A DNA stretch of 56,895 nt from Octopus bimaculoides (lineage: Eukaryota). Positions 27,063-40,552 of the stretch are shown here, piece after piece. Under the pieces are notes generated by a model that ran no database searches, was not told the DNA's origin, and was given only the letters and a program-made list of their open reading frames with translations. The stretch lies in NCBI RefSeq assembly GCF_001194135.2, contig NC_068981.1, forward strand, positions 44,406,478-44,463,372, written 5' to 3'. The first letter of the stretch is position 1. Every line of letters begins with the position of its first letter. The position numbers and the translations under genes are program-made.

Positions 27063-27450
27063 ATCGAAGAGCTTAGTTTTAGAATGGTGGCAGTTGTTGA
27101 AGGAAAAGTTCTCCATGTGGCCCGTGCGTCTTCTGTGCTCTGTTTATGTTCTGTTTTTCATTTTGTCGACGTTGTTTGTGACGTCCTGTACACAGATATG
27201 CATCTATATATACATGTAGATGTAGGTATGTACATAAATGTACGTATATATGTATATACTCACATATTATTTGTGTATATANNNNNNNNNNNNNNNNNNN
27301 NNNNNNNNNNNNNNNNNNNNNNNNNNNNNNNNNNNNNNNNNNNNNNNNNNNNNNNNNNNNNNNNNNNNNNNNNNNNNNNNNNNNNNNNNNNNNNNNNNNN
27401 NNNNNNNNNNNNTGTGTGTGTGTGTGAGTGTGTGTGTGTGTGTGTGTGAG

Positions 27451-28258
27451 TATGGTTTCGGTCATTATCGGCCCAGGCCATGACTAACTCAATAGCACCA
27501 CCTGGAAAAGTCTTTTAGTTAATTATTTCATGACACCATAGATCACTCAAGCAGAGAATTGTTGTTGGTTGAGACGCATCCAGGTGTATGTGGTTTATCT
27601 GGTATTTCCTGCAGGAATTTGTCCAGGTATCATTTGAAAGTTGTGACATCTTTTTCTACTTTAATTTCTTTCGGGATAACAATGAAAAGTGCAGGAGCAT
27701 ATGCAATGGAGAAATTGTGTCGCAATGTTCTTATGTGATGTGATCTCGGCCTTTGTAGGGGATGCATTGCACGGGGGCCTTGTCTTGGGTTAATTGTAAA
27801 CATAATACCGATATCATTTGGATAATATTGGTGGAATTGTTTCCACATGGTGGCTTCAGCTGTTTAAGTCGAGCCCAAAAATCAAGCCCCAAGGTGTCAT
27901 CTTTTTGTGATTGACCTTTATGGCGCTTAGATACACATTACGTCTTCTTTTTGGCAGGTGGACCACAATGGGCAGCAATATTCGAGGAGGAGCCTAGGGA
28001 ATGTGGGAAAGAGCACGATGATGGTTTAATGATCCATAGATTTAAAAAGATCTGAGGTTTTATAAGCATATTCTGCGGGCAACATCTACTTTTTCGTTGA
28101 TGTGCACAGACCAGCTAAGGTTGATGTCAACAGTTACACCGAAGTCTCTGATATTATCCGACGGTTCAAGTAGGTCTCCCGACATTAGTGCATATTGTTG
28201 CTTGAGTGTGCCTTCTCTTCCAAAGTGGAAGAGCTGTAATTCTTCTGCGTTCAACAGT
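27451..28258 (-). mobile_element. CR1-clade LINE 3' end (RT C-terminus plus 3' stem-loop)
   Basis: NAEELQLFHFGREG...DNIRDFGVTVDINLSWSVHINEKV, LEYCCPLWS, YLDKFLQEIPDKP...NNNSLLE. Terminal ggcctgggcc hairpin. Confidence 0.85.
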
Positions 28259-28775
28259 GTATATATATATNNNNNNNNNNGTGTGTGTTATGACATCATT
28301 GATAAAAATAGACTCCGTGTTTAACGTACAGATTTCTAAGGGGCGAGTAAGAGAGATTTAAATGACAAAATGTTTGAAAACTTCCTCGTTAAACCCATAC
28401 TCATGGTGCGCTACCCTTACTTCAGGTAGTAGAGAGGCAGCAGTTATACATGTATATATAGAACGCTAATTTCTTCACTTTTTGTCCAATCTGCGTAAAC
28501 ATATAACCCTGCAAATTTCATGTTCTTTATTTATAAAGAGATTAACAGACACATTATATATGAGAATTATATATGAGAATTGAAATCGCATTTGAATTGA
28601 ATCTATGATTAAGACTTCTTTGAAAAATAAGTAGCATGCCACCGGTGCTTGTATTGAAATATAAAGATTTACTTTCATTTTCCCATGTAATAAAGATCAC
28701 GTATCATTTGTCTCAACAAATTTGTAAAAGAAATATGGATAACAGGAATAAGGAATAATGCTAATATACATATAC

Positions 28776-28779
<4 letters not shown>

Positions 28780-28834
<55 letters not shown>

Positions 28835-28858
28835 TACACACACACACACACACACACA
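28780..28858. repeat. Compound (CT)n(CA)n microsatellite
   Basis: Direct read. Confidence 0.95.
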
Positions 28859-29662
28859 TGTAATATATAATATATATACATACAAAAACATAATAATATA
28901 TATAGATATAAGAGAGGTTTTGGTATCCAGATGATCTAGTACATATATATATATATATGTATANNNNNNNNNNNNNNNNNNNNNNNNNNNNNNNNNNNNN
29001 NNNNNNNNNNNNNNNNNNNNNNNNNNNNNNNNNNNNNNNNNNNNNNNNNNNNNNNNNNNNNNNNNNNNNNNNNNNNNNNNNNNNNNNNNNNNNNNNNNNN
29101 NNNNNNNNNNNNNNNNNNNNNNNNNNNNNNNNNNNNNNNNNNNNNNNNNNNNNNNNNNNNNNNNNNNNNNNNNNNNNNNNNNNNNNNNNNNNNNNNNNNN
29201 NNNNNNNNNNNNNNNNNNNNNNNNNNNNNNNNNNNNNNNNNNNNNNNNNNNNNNNNNNNNNNNNNNNNNNNNNNNNNNNNNNNNNNNNNNNNNNNNNNNN
29301 NNNNNNNNNNNNNNNNNNNNNNNNNNNNNNNNNNNNNNNNNNNNNNNNNNNNNNNNNNNNNNNNNNNNNNNNNNNNNNNNNNNNNNNNNNNNNNNNNNNN
29401 NNNNNNNNNNNNNNNNNNNNNNNNNNNNNNNNNNNNNNNNNNNNNNNNNNNNNNNNNNNNNNNNNNNNNNNNNNNNNNNNNNNNNNNNNNNNNNNNNNNN
29501 NNNNNNNNNNNNNNNNNNNNNNNNNNNNNNNNNNNNNNNNNNNNNNNNNNNNNNNNNNNNNNNNNNNNNNNNNNNNNNNNNNNNNNNNNNNNNNNNNNNN
29601 NNNNNNNNNNNNNNNNNNNNNNNNNNNNNNNNNNNNNNNNNNNNNNTATATATATATATATA

Positions 29663-30856
29663 TGTGATTGTGTTATGTCTCTCCGATTTTTAATTATTGT
29701 AACCCTTAATCTGAGGAGGGAGCCGGTTTCCAAATAAGATACAAAACACCGTCTTTGGGATGTAGTTTACACAGACAAATTCACATTTGGAACTTGACAA
29801 AAGTCTTGCATATTTTTACTGTTCCACTTACAGATTGTACTTATAATGTACGAATTAGCTGGTCGAATTCTCTCTCTAAAAATCCCAGTTTATCCCGATT
29901 CTCCTTTAAGCATTAACTACCAAAACCTAATGCTCCAGTTATTATTGGTATAAATATGAATTCATAGTCTGGATATAGAAGCTGGAGATTTCGAAGCAGT
30001 TGTCCATAGATATCCCCTTTTTCTTTGATTTTCGACGAGATGTTATATCTAGAGGGCAGCTGAACTTTATGATGGTACATACCTTTGCCCCTCTGTCCTA
30101 AACAGCAATATCCACCAGTATTCCTTGAGTTCGTATCTATGAATGCATTCCATAACAAAGAGATTTTCTAAATTTATTTCGGGGCAGTGTCTTTTTGCGG
30201 ATGGCATTGTAAATTTTTTTAGCAACAACATCGTGCCGCATAGGGAGGTAGTACCGTGATGCCATTTTAGGACATTTGCTAATCACAAGCGTGATGTCTT
30301 CCACAGAAACATGGCATAGCCTGCACATGCGGTTGTACCTGGGGATTACAATAACCTCACTTGTCTCGCTTGTTCATAAGGTACTTTGTGGCAATCTCCT
30401 GGTCTTGGTCAACTCTACTTTCTTCAAGCTTACGGGCGACATAAACATGCATGTTTGTTTTATGCTGAGTTCTTTCTTCTCTGAGGTAAGAGAGCCCAAC
30501 TGTTTTGGGGCTGTAAACGAGATCATCAGGAAGAGAACGCTTCTTGAGGAGTTTACTGCCAACTCATTAAAAGGTGCTCACTTCACTTTTCAGCACTGCA
30601 TTTATATATTTAATTTTGCAGTCTGAGTGATACCATACGGCATTCGAAGGCCGTCTGCACTGATATCAGGCCTCTACCATCTTCATTTCTTCTTAGCTAC
30701 AGCCTGTCAACATCACTGTTTCTGTGGAAGTTCCAAGGATTTTGCGGCCTTGATATCTATGGAGTGGATTTCCTCTACAGATCAATCAAGTATCCTAAAT
30801 GTTGGGATCAGCACTGGTACTTCAAATGCATTGTGGGATATTGCTTTGTTGTAAGC
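29663..30856 (-). mobile_element. RLE-type (R4/Dong-like) LINE, 3' portion
   Basis: GNFHRNSDVDRL..RRNEDGRGLISV; CCHC-type knuckle region CRLCHVSVEDITLVISKCPKMASRYYLPMRHDVVAK; LRNLQLLYPDYEFIFIPIITGALG. Contains frameshifts. Confidence 0.88.
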
Positions 30857-30874
30857 GGTGTATGTCTGTATGTA

Positions 30875-31654
30875 CGAGGTGTTATCAATAAGTATCCGTA
30901 CTGTTGCCATATTCACGAAACTAAAGCACGCAGAGAAAAGCTGCTGGCCCAGATTGACCTCGAAATCTGCTGTGTATGCGTATTAAATTTTAACGTTCTA
31001 GCTCACTTTTGCTGTTTACAGCAGTGCTTGGAACGAAGGTGTGTAGCGTGTAATCATCGCATTGACCATAACAGAGAAAGCTGTTATGGTGATACCTGTT
31101 CACAGTTCAGGCAGGCACAGAACCAGCAGAATTGAGATAATATCGCCGATCTGCGTGCAGATCTATGGGAAAAATCATCGTATCAACATTCTGGCGTTAA
31201 CAGAAGATGTGCAGATTAGTTACAGTTCAGTTCAGTTCATTATCACTGAAGATTTGGGTATGAGACGCATCTCTGCCAAGATTTTGCAAAAACAGCTTTC
31301 AGCTGACCCAGGAGGCACTCAGGTTTCAGTTGCACAAGAATTTGATTGTGTTGAGACCAATAAAAAACTCTTTGGAAACTTTGCGTGGGCATCTTAGCAA
31401 CTATCGCCAAGCCTTTGGCAAAATTTGATGCAGATTCTTTGCACGACTTCCTCTATCAGAGTCAGTGCGGCGATCACACGCTATACACCTTCCTTCAAAG
31501 CTTTGCTGTAAACAGCGGAATGGAGGTAGACCGTCACAACTTAGTGCGCATGCCCAACATAGTAGAGGGGAAATCTGTGCCAAGCGGCTTCACTCTACGT
31601 GGTTTAACTTCGTCATTTTCGCAACAGTCCGGCTACTTTTTTTATCAGACCACG
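30875..31654. mobile_element. Non-autonomous mariner derivative with two inverted 5' ends
   Basis: TA flanks at 30873-74 and 31655-56. Colinear inverted arms 30875-31080 and 31447-31654. Plus strand encodes an HTH segment (EDVQISYSSVQFIITEDLGMRRISAK); minus strand encodes the N-terminus (VQRICIKFCQRLGDSC). Confidence 0.85.
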
Positions 31655-31693
31655 TACGTGTGTATGTATGTATGATTGCATGTATTATGTATA

Positions 31694-31699
<6 letters not shown>

Positions 31700-31764
<65 letters not shown>
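31700..31764. repeat. (TG)n microsatellite
   Basis: Direct read. Confidence 0.95.
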
Positions 31765-31767
<3 letters not shown>

Positions 31768-33864
31768 AAATAATACTTGTCCCGTAGAATTACTCTCATT
31801 GCTGACACGGAATTTTGTTAGAGAAAAAGTAGCGAACATTTACTTCTCAGATTTATACTCTGCTTTGCTTTCACAAAACAAGCGTGTCTTACAAAGTTAT
31901 GATGGTTTATATACAGAATGGATTTGGAAGACAATACAGAAAGCATAATGGAAATTAGTGCTTAATTTGTATAAGAAAATATTTACCTTCTCTCTGTAAG
32001 AATGATCACTAAATATATAGTAATCTGAGTATTAATGTTTGGTCAGGGTATTTACTGGTCTCTGACAGTACCTTTTAGACATATAAGAATGCGTATTCCA
32101 ATAACATAGCGCATGACATAACTGGAATTGTTTGAGAACATTTACATCTCGTAATAATAAATTAGTGACAGAACAGTAAATATCTTACTTGAAACGGAAC
32201 CCATATCAAAGATTGACATGTTTTTGAGAAATGCACTCCCTGTTAATCATTGGCAAAATGAAAGTGATTGTAGAATACGCTTCAAGCACATGAGCGAAAT
32301 TGTTTGATAGTATTACGACTAATTACTTTCGACTAAATATTTGAATACATTACAATCTCTTATCTTCTCACCTAACTACAGGCTACATTCATATCATGGA
32401 CAATTTGCATTATAATACTTAAGTACACATTACTACAATGTGTTCTTTAAAAGGTGCTTGATGAAATTTAACTAGATTTATGAAGATAAGCTATGATGAA
32501 GTCTTCGCTCCTCTTTTTCATTACTAACAATTAGACACACCCGTATATATATGACAGATATAAAACACGTATATATACAGCAATGCATGCATACGAAGAG
32601 GCATACGGGCGCATTTTTACAGTGTATGTGTTACTTTGTGTGTGTGTGTGTGTGTGTGTGCGTGTCGGATACAACAATTGCGATCGACGCAGTTCTTTCA
32701 GATTCTACATGCCGGTCATCAGTATAGATATAGACAGCTTACCAACTGAGTACAACGTGACATATCACGACATGAATAGATTCAAGTGCGATTTCGAAAT
32801 ATTCAAGGATTCTTATTTAAAGGCAATCTTTAACGCTAATATAAAATATAATCAACTTTTAGGCAGAACAGTGTAGTTAAGTATAATCGACCACTAGCAC
32901 TACAAAAAGTTAAATGGTGAAAGTATATAGACGAACAAATGTTACAAATATGTAAAGTAAATTCTAGACGTTTTACCGCCAAAATGAATTGAATGTTTTC
33001 TATCTATCCCCCGTGAGAGATACAAGCAGAGCTGCATCCTCTCTTAACGGTACCCTAGAAAGAAACATGTTCACAAACGAGGCAGAGTACGGGAAATACC
33101 GTAGAAATACCAGAAAATGCTAAGAAGCTGATTTAATCAATTTCTCCAAAATGAATGTATCCACAGTTTTTATCAATGGTTAAACATCTCCCACCTACAT
33201 AAATACAAATAATGTTTGTGATATCAATGAAATTTAGAGCTTTTATTTCATCTGGATTTTCTAGATTCTTAGACCACATATTTTGTCAACTAATATTCTG
33301 TAGAAGAAGTGATATATTTCAGCAGAGCGCAGGCTTGACTCATGTTGATTGATAAAAGCGGTTCATGCTGTTTTACATGTATTAGAGCAGGTGTATTCAG
33401 GGTTCATTTGGACAATCGAATGCATCAGTTTGACTTAGGCTATAAGCAACTGATAACTCTTTGTTGATATAAACTATGTATCACTCCATATTTTATGTCT
33501 ATATCAAGTAACATTTAATCAATATCTCAGTGTCTAACATACCTTTGTTCTCTGCGCTCCACACCTATACAATATATATATTATTTATATACAATCTCAT
33601 ACACCCGCCGTGCACGCACTCACACGTGCACACATGCACACTCACACACACACATACACATACACATATACAAACGTGCACGTGTAAGTGTGTGTTTTGA
33701 GGTAGACATAGTTTGTCACAGCCGAATCTAAAAATGTGATCTAAACTATCTGTTGCTTCATATATCAAATTTGCAGAAGCATTCTGACTATGACCATTTC
33801 TTTTGACATTTACCTGTCCACTAAGTTTAGCCGCAAATCTGTTCTACCAGATTATGCAGCATAT

Positions 33865-33920
33865 AGCTCCGGCATGGCCAGAGTCTAATGACTGAAACAA
33901 GTAAAAGATGAAAAATAAAG
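33865..33920 (+). mobile_element. SINE 3' tail fragment
   Basis: gctccggcatggccagagtctaatgactgaaacaagtaaaag matches the tail of 53059-53462. Confidence 0.65.
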
Positions 33921-35499
33921 AATAATATAATCGCACTCATTTAGTATTTCTCCGATAAACCTAGAGCGCAGGATATTTGATTTAATCATGTGAAAGACTT
34001 CAATCATAAACATCAATGTGGTATCATAGAAGCAATTTTAAGGCTACTACATATGCGTGTTTCACTTCGGAAATGTCGATCAGCTGCCTCTTTGCTATTG
34101 ATGGCAAAAATATCACCAACTCACTAGGTGACCAATTATTTTATAAGGAAAAAATAAGTTATCAATACAAAAGGCAGAAGTGAAAGCCACTAAATGTTTC
34201 ATTACATATTCAAAGTTTCCAGTACTATAACACCGAGGAAGCATGCTGTCTTCGAGACACTTCGTTTTATATTCGCAACCATTTACTATTCCCAATTAAA
34301 ATATAATAACATTTGAAGATATTTCTTTCGTAGACTTAGTGACCAGTGCCAAACGCATATTGTTAGTTCCTCTACAAATAATGCAAGATATAACCAACCA
34401 CAGGTATTATTGGTGAAGTGATCTCTTATCTTGATATGAAATTGATTTTCAGCCAAAGATCTTAGAGAGAAGTTTGGTAATTGTCCATTAGAAATACTCC
34501 CAAGCGTATTTGGGAGATAAATCAGCAGACATAATGTGAGATAAGGAAACAATTAGTTTCTAGGGAATATTTCTTATAGGATGTATCAGTTGCGACATAT
34601 TTGGCAAGCGAAGCATTCTGTTATACGGGCTTATAGATCAATTTTTGAAATATGTATGCACGTACATACTTGTGTGCTTGCTTGAGCATAAATAAATGCA
34701 TAAATAAATAAATAGATGTGTGTGCATATATATGCACGTGTGGCAGTATATGTATACACATATTTTGCACACACAGATACATACATTCAGATAAATATAT
34801 ATATATATATATACTCACACATTACGCAGCCATGGACAATATATACTTAGATATCACAGTATGTATGAGAGGTATGAGATCATGTATTTATAAATATTCA
34901 TACATGTTTCCTGTGTTAAATCAGTTATTTGATAAAAGAATAATTTAGTGTGAAATCAAGGATATACGGAAATATGCCCAAAGGAAATTTTATTTGGGCT
35001 GATATTTTAATGTTCTTTAAGATGTTCAATTAAAATCACAATGGCAGTGTTCTTCATTTTAAATGCGCATACATTCGAATCCGAAATCAGCGGACATTAT
35101 ACAAATAATTAGTATACGTAACCCCACTTTGAGACTGCTTAATACTTAAGAATAAAATCCAAGGGACATAGCTTCATATATACACAATATAGATTCGATT
35201 CGAGTGATCCGTCTCTTTAAAGTCAGTTACCAAATTCAATGTAGAGCGACTCTTCGCGCTTTGCCCCAAATTTTGGTTAGAAGTCTTAAGGCACTGGGAA
35301 AGTACGATACGAGTGGAAGTATGATATAGTATTTTTAAAAAAATGTCCAAGTGAAGGGACTCGCAGTGAGATAAAGCAAACAAAAAAACATTGAAAGTTA
35401 CCAGACTCCTGATGTTAAAGGATAAGTATCTAAATAAAAAAAAGCAGCTGTAAGGAACGTTTTTCTAGCTTCTAGCGAAGCACTGACTGAGAGCTGTAA

Positions 35500-36400
35500 G
35501 TCGATCTGAAGTGTAGACTCTTAAAGAAATTGCACCAAAAATTCTCCAACAAAACAAAGTTCTTCCATCCATGAATAATAAAACATCATCGTGACTGGAT
35601 TCACACTGCCCAGGGAGGAGAGCCTTGACATTTCTGACCACTAACCGATTAAAGAAAAATACCCAGACTTCGTTGATGAGATTCTTGTAAATGAGAGCAC
35701 GTAGTTTCATTCCGAAATGACGAAGGAATAGGATTAGGGCTAAGGTAGGCTGCCGCGATTTCCTAGTTAGCATCAGAGCACTTTTTTCTTTAATTTCTTT
35801 AAAAAGGGTTGATTTGGAATGAAAAGAACCGAAGAAAGCTACAAAGGAGATAGTCTTGGCAGCGGCGACTAGCTTATGAAAGTTGTGTTTGACTCAAGGG
35901 TGTAGACAGTATCATTCTATACTGGAAGGCTAATTCAGCCGTCGGTGCCGCACTCAAGCAACGCGACCTAGCGAAAAGGAGAAGTCCTAGGACCCGGAAT
36001 ACCTGCTGAAGATTAAAAGAGAATCGAAATGGTGAGCTTTCAAAATCAGGAGACTTTGCAACGTCTTTAACTTGTCTCTGAAGTTTAAGAGACAAAGTTT
36101 CTCTGATATTCATTTCACCAGACCCATTAATATCGCAATGAATAAAGAAACTATGAACATATGACCTCCTTTCATGAGAAAAATAGAGGGAATGATGCTA
36201 TGATTAATCTGCCTATAAATGTCAGTCACTTCCTGCAGATTATAAAGGAAACGTGAATTAAAAAAGTGGCATAAACTACTTAAAATAATATCACGGCCCA
36301 ATTGACAACCTGATTTTAGAACTGTCTGTATGGGGTCACTCAATGCAATTGTTGCCACTATAACATGGCTGTTTTATACAGAAATATGTTACTACATTTT
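35500..36400 (+). mobile_element. Possible highly decayed 5' region (ORF1 to endonuclease start) of a CR1/L2-type LINE
   Basis: Stop-riddled frames NIIVTGFTLPREESLD..., GRLPRF, KEIVLAAATSL, then LKIISRPN...NAIVATITWL. These resemble LINE ORF1 NII..G.PE and APE DII..TETWL motifs. Weak match. Confidence 0.35.
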
Positions 36401-38767
36401 AACCTCAGGAAATTATCTTTTTCAACTGGTTAACGAAACAATTACTGTTAAGTTTCTTCATGAGCCATATAGACGCTGGAATGAACTTTACATTTATACA
36501 TACATACATACATACATACACACATACATACATTTCAGCCAGTTTGAATATATAGTGTGTATGTGTGATGGGCACATTGCTAATGCATCTATAAGCAAAC
36601 ACCAGTGCTCGGTACATATAGATGCGTTATTGTGCAGTGGAAGTACACGAATCAACTTCATTTTCTCTCATATATATATAATGCCTTAATTTACTTATTA
36701 AGCAAATTCTTTCCCTATTTATCTAAAAGAATAATATAACATTATTTCAGATGTAATCGGTTAGAACACCAGATACTGGACACTCATTTGGACCATTCTG
36801 TTTACATAAACCTGTCATTTACAAAGAAAGTAATTTCTGCGTATCGATGATGCAAAGACTAAAGAAGTGTTTATATATTTGAAGTAGACTGGATGGAATG
36901 GCACTAAACCGTGTGACATACATTTAACGGTGCCGATATATTTTGGTGGAGGTTAGAAGAATCACAAATTAGCAAACTAGCTCGAAATATTAGGTGAACT
37001 TCCTAAGAATTACCAAGCAACTTGAGATGCATCATGCAATTTTATATCTTGGCCTCTCCTTTCCTCACCTTTCATGACAAATTTTAATTCGGTCAGCGAC
37101 GAAGACAGAATAAGTGATTCCTTAAACATATTCATTTCACGAAAGAGCGTCAACAAGGTAAATATTGCCTTGTAGAGTGACAGACAACTATAGGATTTTA
37201 ACGAGAGAGACATAGAAGTATCCCAGACAATCAATCAAGGCTTCTTTCCGTATCTCAGGATGTATTTTGAATTACTTTGTAATAAATATCTAACTTTATG
37301 CGTTTTTAATGATAGTATTGAATACCGATACACAATTATTTAGCTTTAGCAAAAAAAATAAAAGATCTGATTATTTTCAACGTTAAACGCGAAAGAAAAT
37401 AATGTGTTTCTATGTTGTGAGAACACTTTTAAAGTTATGGTGTTTGTCACTCATATGTCCAAGAAATATTAAGCATATATCAAATGGCAGAAATTTGAAT
37501 ATATAAAAATGATTCATGCAACTAAAGCTGGAAAGTGTTTTCAACTTTCATCATAAAATTACTTTGCTTAGTAAACGAGAAGCAAATGATAACATGGATG
37601 TTAACAACATCTACAGATATCATCTGCCGAAATGCAGCTAGGGTTATCTTCGAAGTGTTTTCCTTCAACGCGGCTAATTTAGTCGAATTTTTTTCGATTC
37701 TATACCAGCTGTCCATGTTCTATATCTTCGACGAACACCTCTCATACCAGGATTTTAAATAATTCCCTCCGCGTATATGTTCGAATAAGTATTAGTTCAT
37801 TTGATAACCATGTTCTGTGAGGATGCTCTTCGTCTAATTTTAAACGTGAGAAAGAAACTATAATCAGTGTGAGCTGTATTCTTTTTTATAAGTAAAATCA
37901 GAACTCGCACTACTGTATGATCTTGAAAGCGTACTTGTATATGAGTTTTCTCATATCTTGATCCAAACAAAAAATGTTATATCTGGACCCATAGTATCAA
38001 AACAATCGGCGTTAGATTGCTTTCAACATACTTTTCAGAAATGTTTTTGGAATACACGATTCTTTTACTGGGTGAATAATTTGTAGTTACTGGCGTTATT
38101 GTATTGTGGGCTGTGATATTTGTGGTTAAGCGGTAGCATTATTAATGTTGGGGTTAGTGATGTTGATGCTGTCTTGGGCATTATCACAGCTTCTTGCGTT
38201 GATGGCGCTACTACTGGTGCTTGTGATTACAATGACAGTAATTCTGTTGTCTAAGATGCCATGTGTTTAAGACATCAAGCTTTTGTACTAAAATTTCATG
38301 CAATTATCGCCAGCACCACCTTTAATATCACTGGCGTTCGATGTGAAAGTGTTGATGGTAGCGATGATGATTGTGCCGTTGGTGATCTAGTGGGTGCAGC
38401 TGTGCAAATGATTCTGAGGAAAATCGCATTTTTCCTACTCCATTGTTTTACAGAAAGACAGTACACTTTGCAACTCCAATTTCCTTCTTAATTTTCTCTT
38501 CCTCTCGGTCGCTTTCTTATAAACAAGTAAAGCTACATTAAATTAAATTTCTTTGTCATTTTAATTAGAATTGACGAAGATTAAAAAAGGAAAACCTGCT
38601 CCCAATGGAGGCCGAAACAATTATATGATCTGTGCAGCATGGCAATGATCAGTTCCGCAACATGATGCTATTCTTTCTTAAAAAAGAAAAAAATGTTTAA
38701 ATATGCAGTCGCAAATAAATACCACAAACCTCAACGTAATAACATGTCACTGACTAAGGTAAATGAA

Positions 38768-38785
38768 CTGCTGCTGCTGCTGCAG

Positions 38786-38865
<80 letters not shown>

Positions 38866-38868
38866 ACG

Positions 38869-38920
<52 letters not shown>

Positions 38921-38945
38921 ATAATAATAATAATAATAATAATAA
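38768..38945. repeat. Compound trinucleotide microsatellite (CTG)n(CTA)n(CTG)n(CTA)n(ATA)n
   Basis: Direct read; abuts the 3' end of the minus-strand SINE. Confidence 0.95.
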
Positions 38946-39151
38946 CCCTATCATCTAAAGGCCCAAGGCCTGAAATTCGGGGGAAGGAGGGTAGTCGATT
39001 ACATCGACCCCAGAGTTTCAGCGGTACTTAATATATCGACCCCGGAAGGAAGAAAGCCAAAGTCGACCTGGGCGGAATTTGAACTGAGAACGTAAAGTCG
39101 GACGAAATGCTGCTAAGCATTTTGTTATCGATTCTGCCAGATCGATACCTT
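38946..39151 (-). mobile_element. SINE
   Basis: Reverse complement contains ttctcagttcaaattccgcccaggtcgactttggc...taagtacc...gatgtaatcgact. Homologous to 15168-15380. Confidence 0.85.
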
Positions 39152-39199
39152 TATAATAATAATAATGATGATGATGATGATGATGATAATAGTTAGTAG

Positions 39200-40552
39200 A
39201 AATATGAAAAGCTTGTAGCAGAAAATATGAGAAGCCTCATATGGAATAGCATGAAATGCTGGAGAACGGAACTGACAACAGGGAAGCACGTATTGGGAGT
39301 GGTGAAAATCAAGTGAGAAATCGTCCAAGAGGACAGTGCGAACCCACTGATATTCGTGCTGGAAATGGCTCCATTGAGTGAAATACTACAGAAAACATAG
39401 TTGGGGTATGATCTGAGAAAAGGTAAAAGAAAACTGAAACACTTGCTATTCCTGGACGAGTTGAAGCTATTCATAAAAAGTAAGGCAGAACTATCCAACC
39501 TAATCCAGTCTGTGCGGATTCTGTCCAATGATATTCAGAAGGGGTTTGGATTCTCAAAATGGGTTACGGTGTTGATGAGATGAGGAAAGCATGCCACGAC
39601 AGAAAGCATACAGTTGCCACGTGGTGAAATGACGAAGGCAATTCAACCTCAATCCAGCTATAAATACCCAGGAATACTTGAAGCAGATGGAATGAAACAC
39701 CACGACACGAAGGAAAAAGAACAAAAACAGAGTACCTGGGGCGAGTGAGAAAAATATTGGCTTCAAACATCAATGCCAGAAACATAGTCTGGACAATGAA
39801 CTCGGATGCAGCCCCAGTAGGTCGGCACGGCGCTGGAATCCCGAAGGGGACAGAGGAGGAGCTAAGGGACAGAAAGTCAAGAAAGCTCCTAAAGATGCAT
39901 CGAGCTTCTCATCCACATGCAGACACTGATCTCTATACATAAGGATAACAAATGGAGGAAGGGGACTGGTAAACGTGAAAGACAGTGTGCGTATCGAACT
40001 CGAGAGCTTAATGAGATACTTAACCCAAAGTAAGGAAACTTTGCTCGTGACAGTTATGAACAAGGGAGGATTGAGAGCAGAGAATAAAAAAAGAAAACAA
40101 AGGAAGAAGAACAAAAGGGGCATGAAGAAAAATTGCCCAAGAGGGGACTACACAATCAATTCTATATAAGCCACAACACAAGTTGCTGGAAAACATAGGT
40201 GGGATTGGCTGATGAAATGAACCCTAAAAAAGAGACTGAGAGCACTATACTGGTAGTGCAAGACCAAGTTTTGGCCACGAACTGGAGGGTCATGTCGAGG
40301 AATGAGCAAATGTCTCCGCTGTGTGTCGTATTTGCCCATATCACGAACGAATGCCTTAGACTTACCCCAAAAATACTACAAGCTTTGGCCATTGGACCAG
40401 GTAACGAAAGAGCTACACTGGAAACTGCGTAAAGTGGGGGCTAGAGAGAGGTAGCTTGTGGTATGAGCACAAACTGTAGACTGGCAGATTCGGAGACTAG
40501 CACAATCCTCTGGGAGTTCCAATCCAAACAGCTCAGGTGCTACAGCATAACA
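39200..40552 (+). mobile_element. RLE-type (R4/Dong-like) LINE fragment, RT to start of RLE domain
   Basis: LGYDLRKGKRKLKHLLFLDELKLF (degenerate YxDD motif), HPHADTD, GGRGLVNVKDSVRIELE, KETESTILVVQDQ, ILWEF.IQTAQVLQHN. Contains stops and frameshifts. Confidence 0.85.

Noticed and set aside
27451-27495. Minus-strand GTCAT..ATGACC-GAAAC as a hammerhead
   Set aside because: No CUGANGA box; better explained as the CR1 3' terminal stem-loop.
29705-29745. CTGAGGA plus short hairpin as a hammerhead
   Set aside because: Followed by AAAT rather than GAAA, and lies antisense within a LINE 3' UTR.
36004-36040. CTGAAGATT..AATCGAAA as a hammerhead
   Set aside because: Stem II would have to use the core GA, and there is no stem III.
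37540-37830. Possible piggyBac C-terminal Cys-rich remnant on the minus strand
   Set aside because: Cys spacing incomplete, many stops, and no TTAA/TIR found.
38570-38630. GGCCGAAACAATTATA resembling the 3' half of an HHR
   Set aside because: No matching 5' GGCC stem or intact CUGANGA upstream; at best an unprovable remnant.
38693-39031. Poly-Leu / poly-Val ORFs
   Set aside because: Translations of the compound trinucleotide microsatellite.
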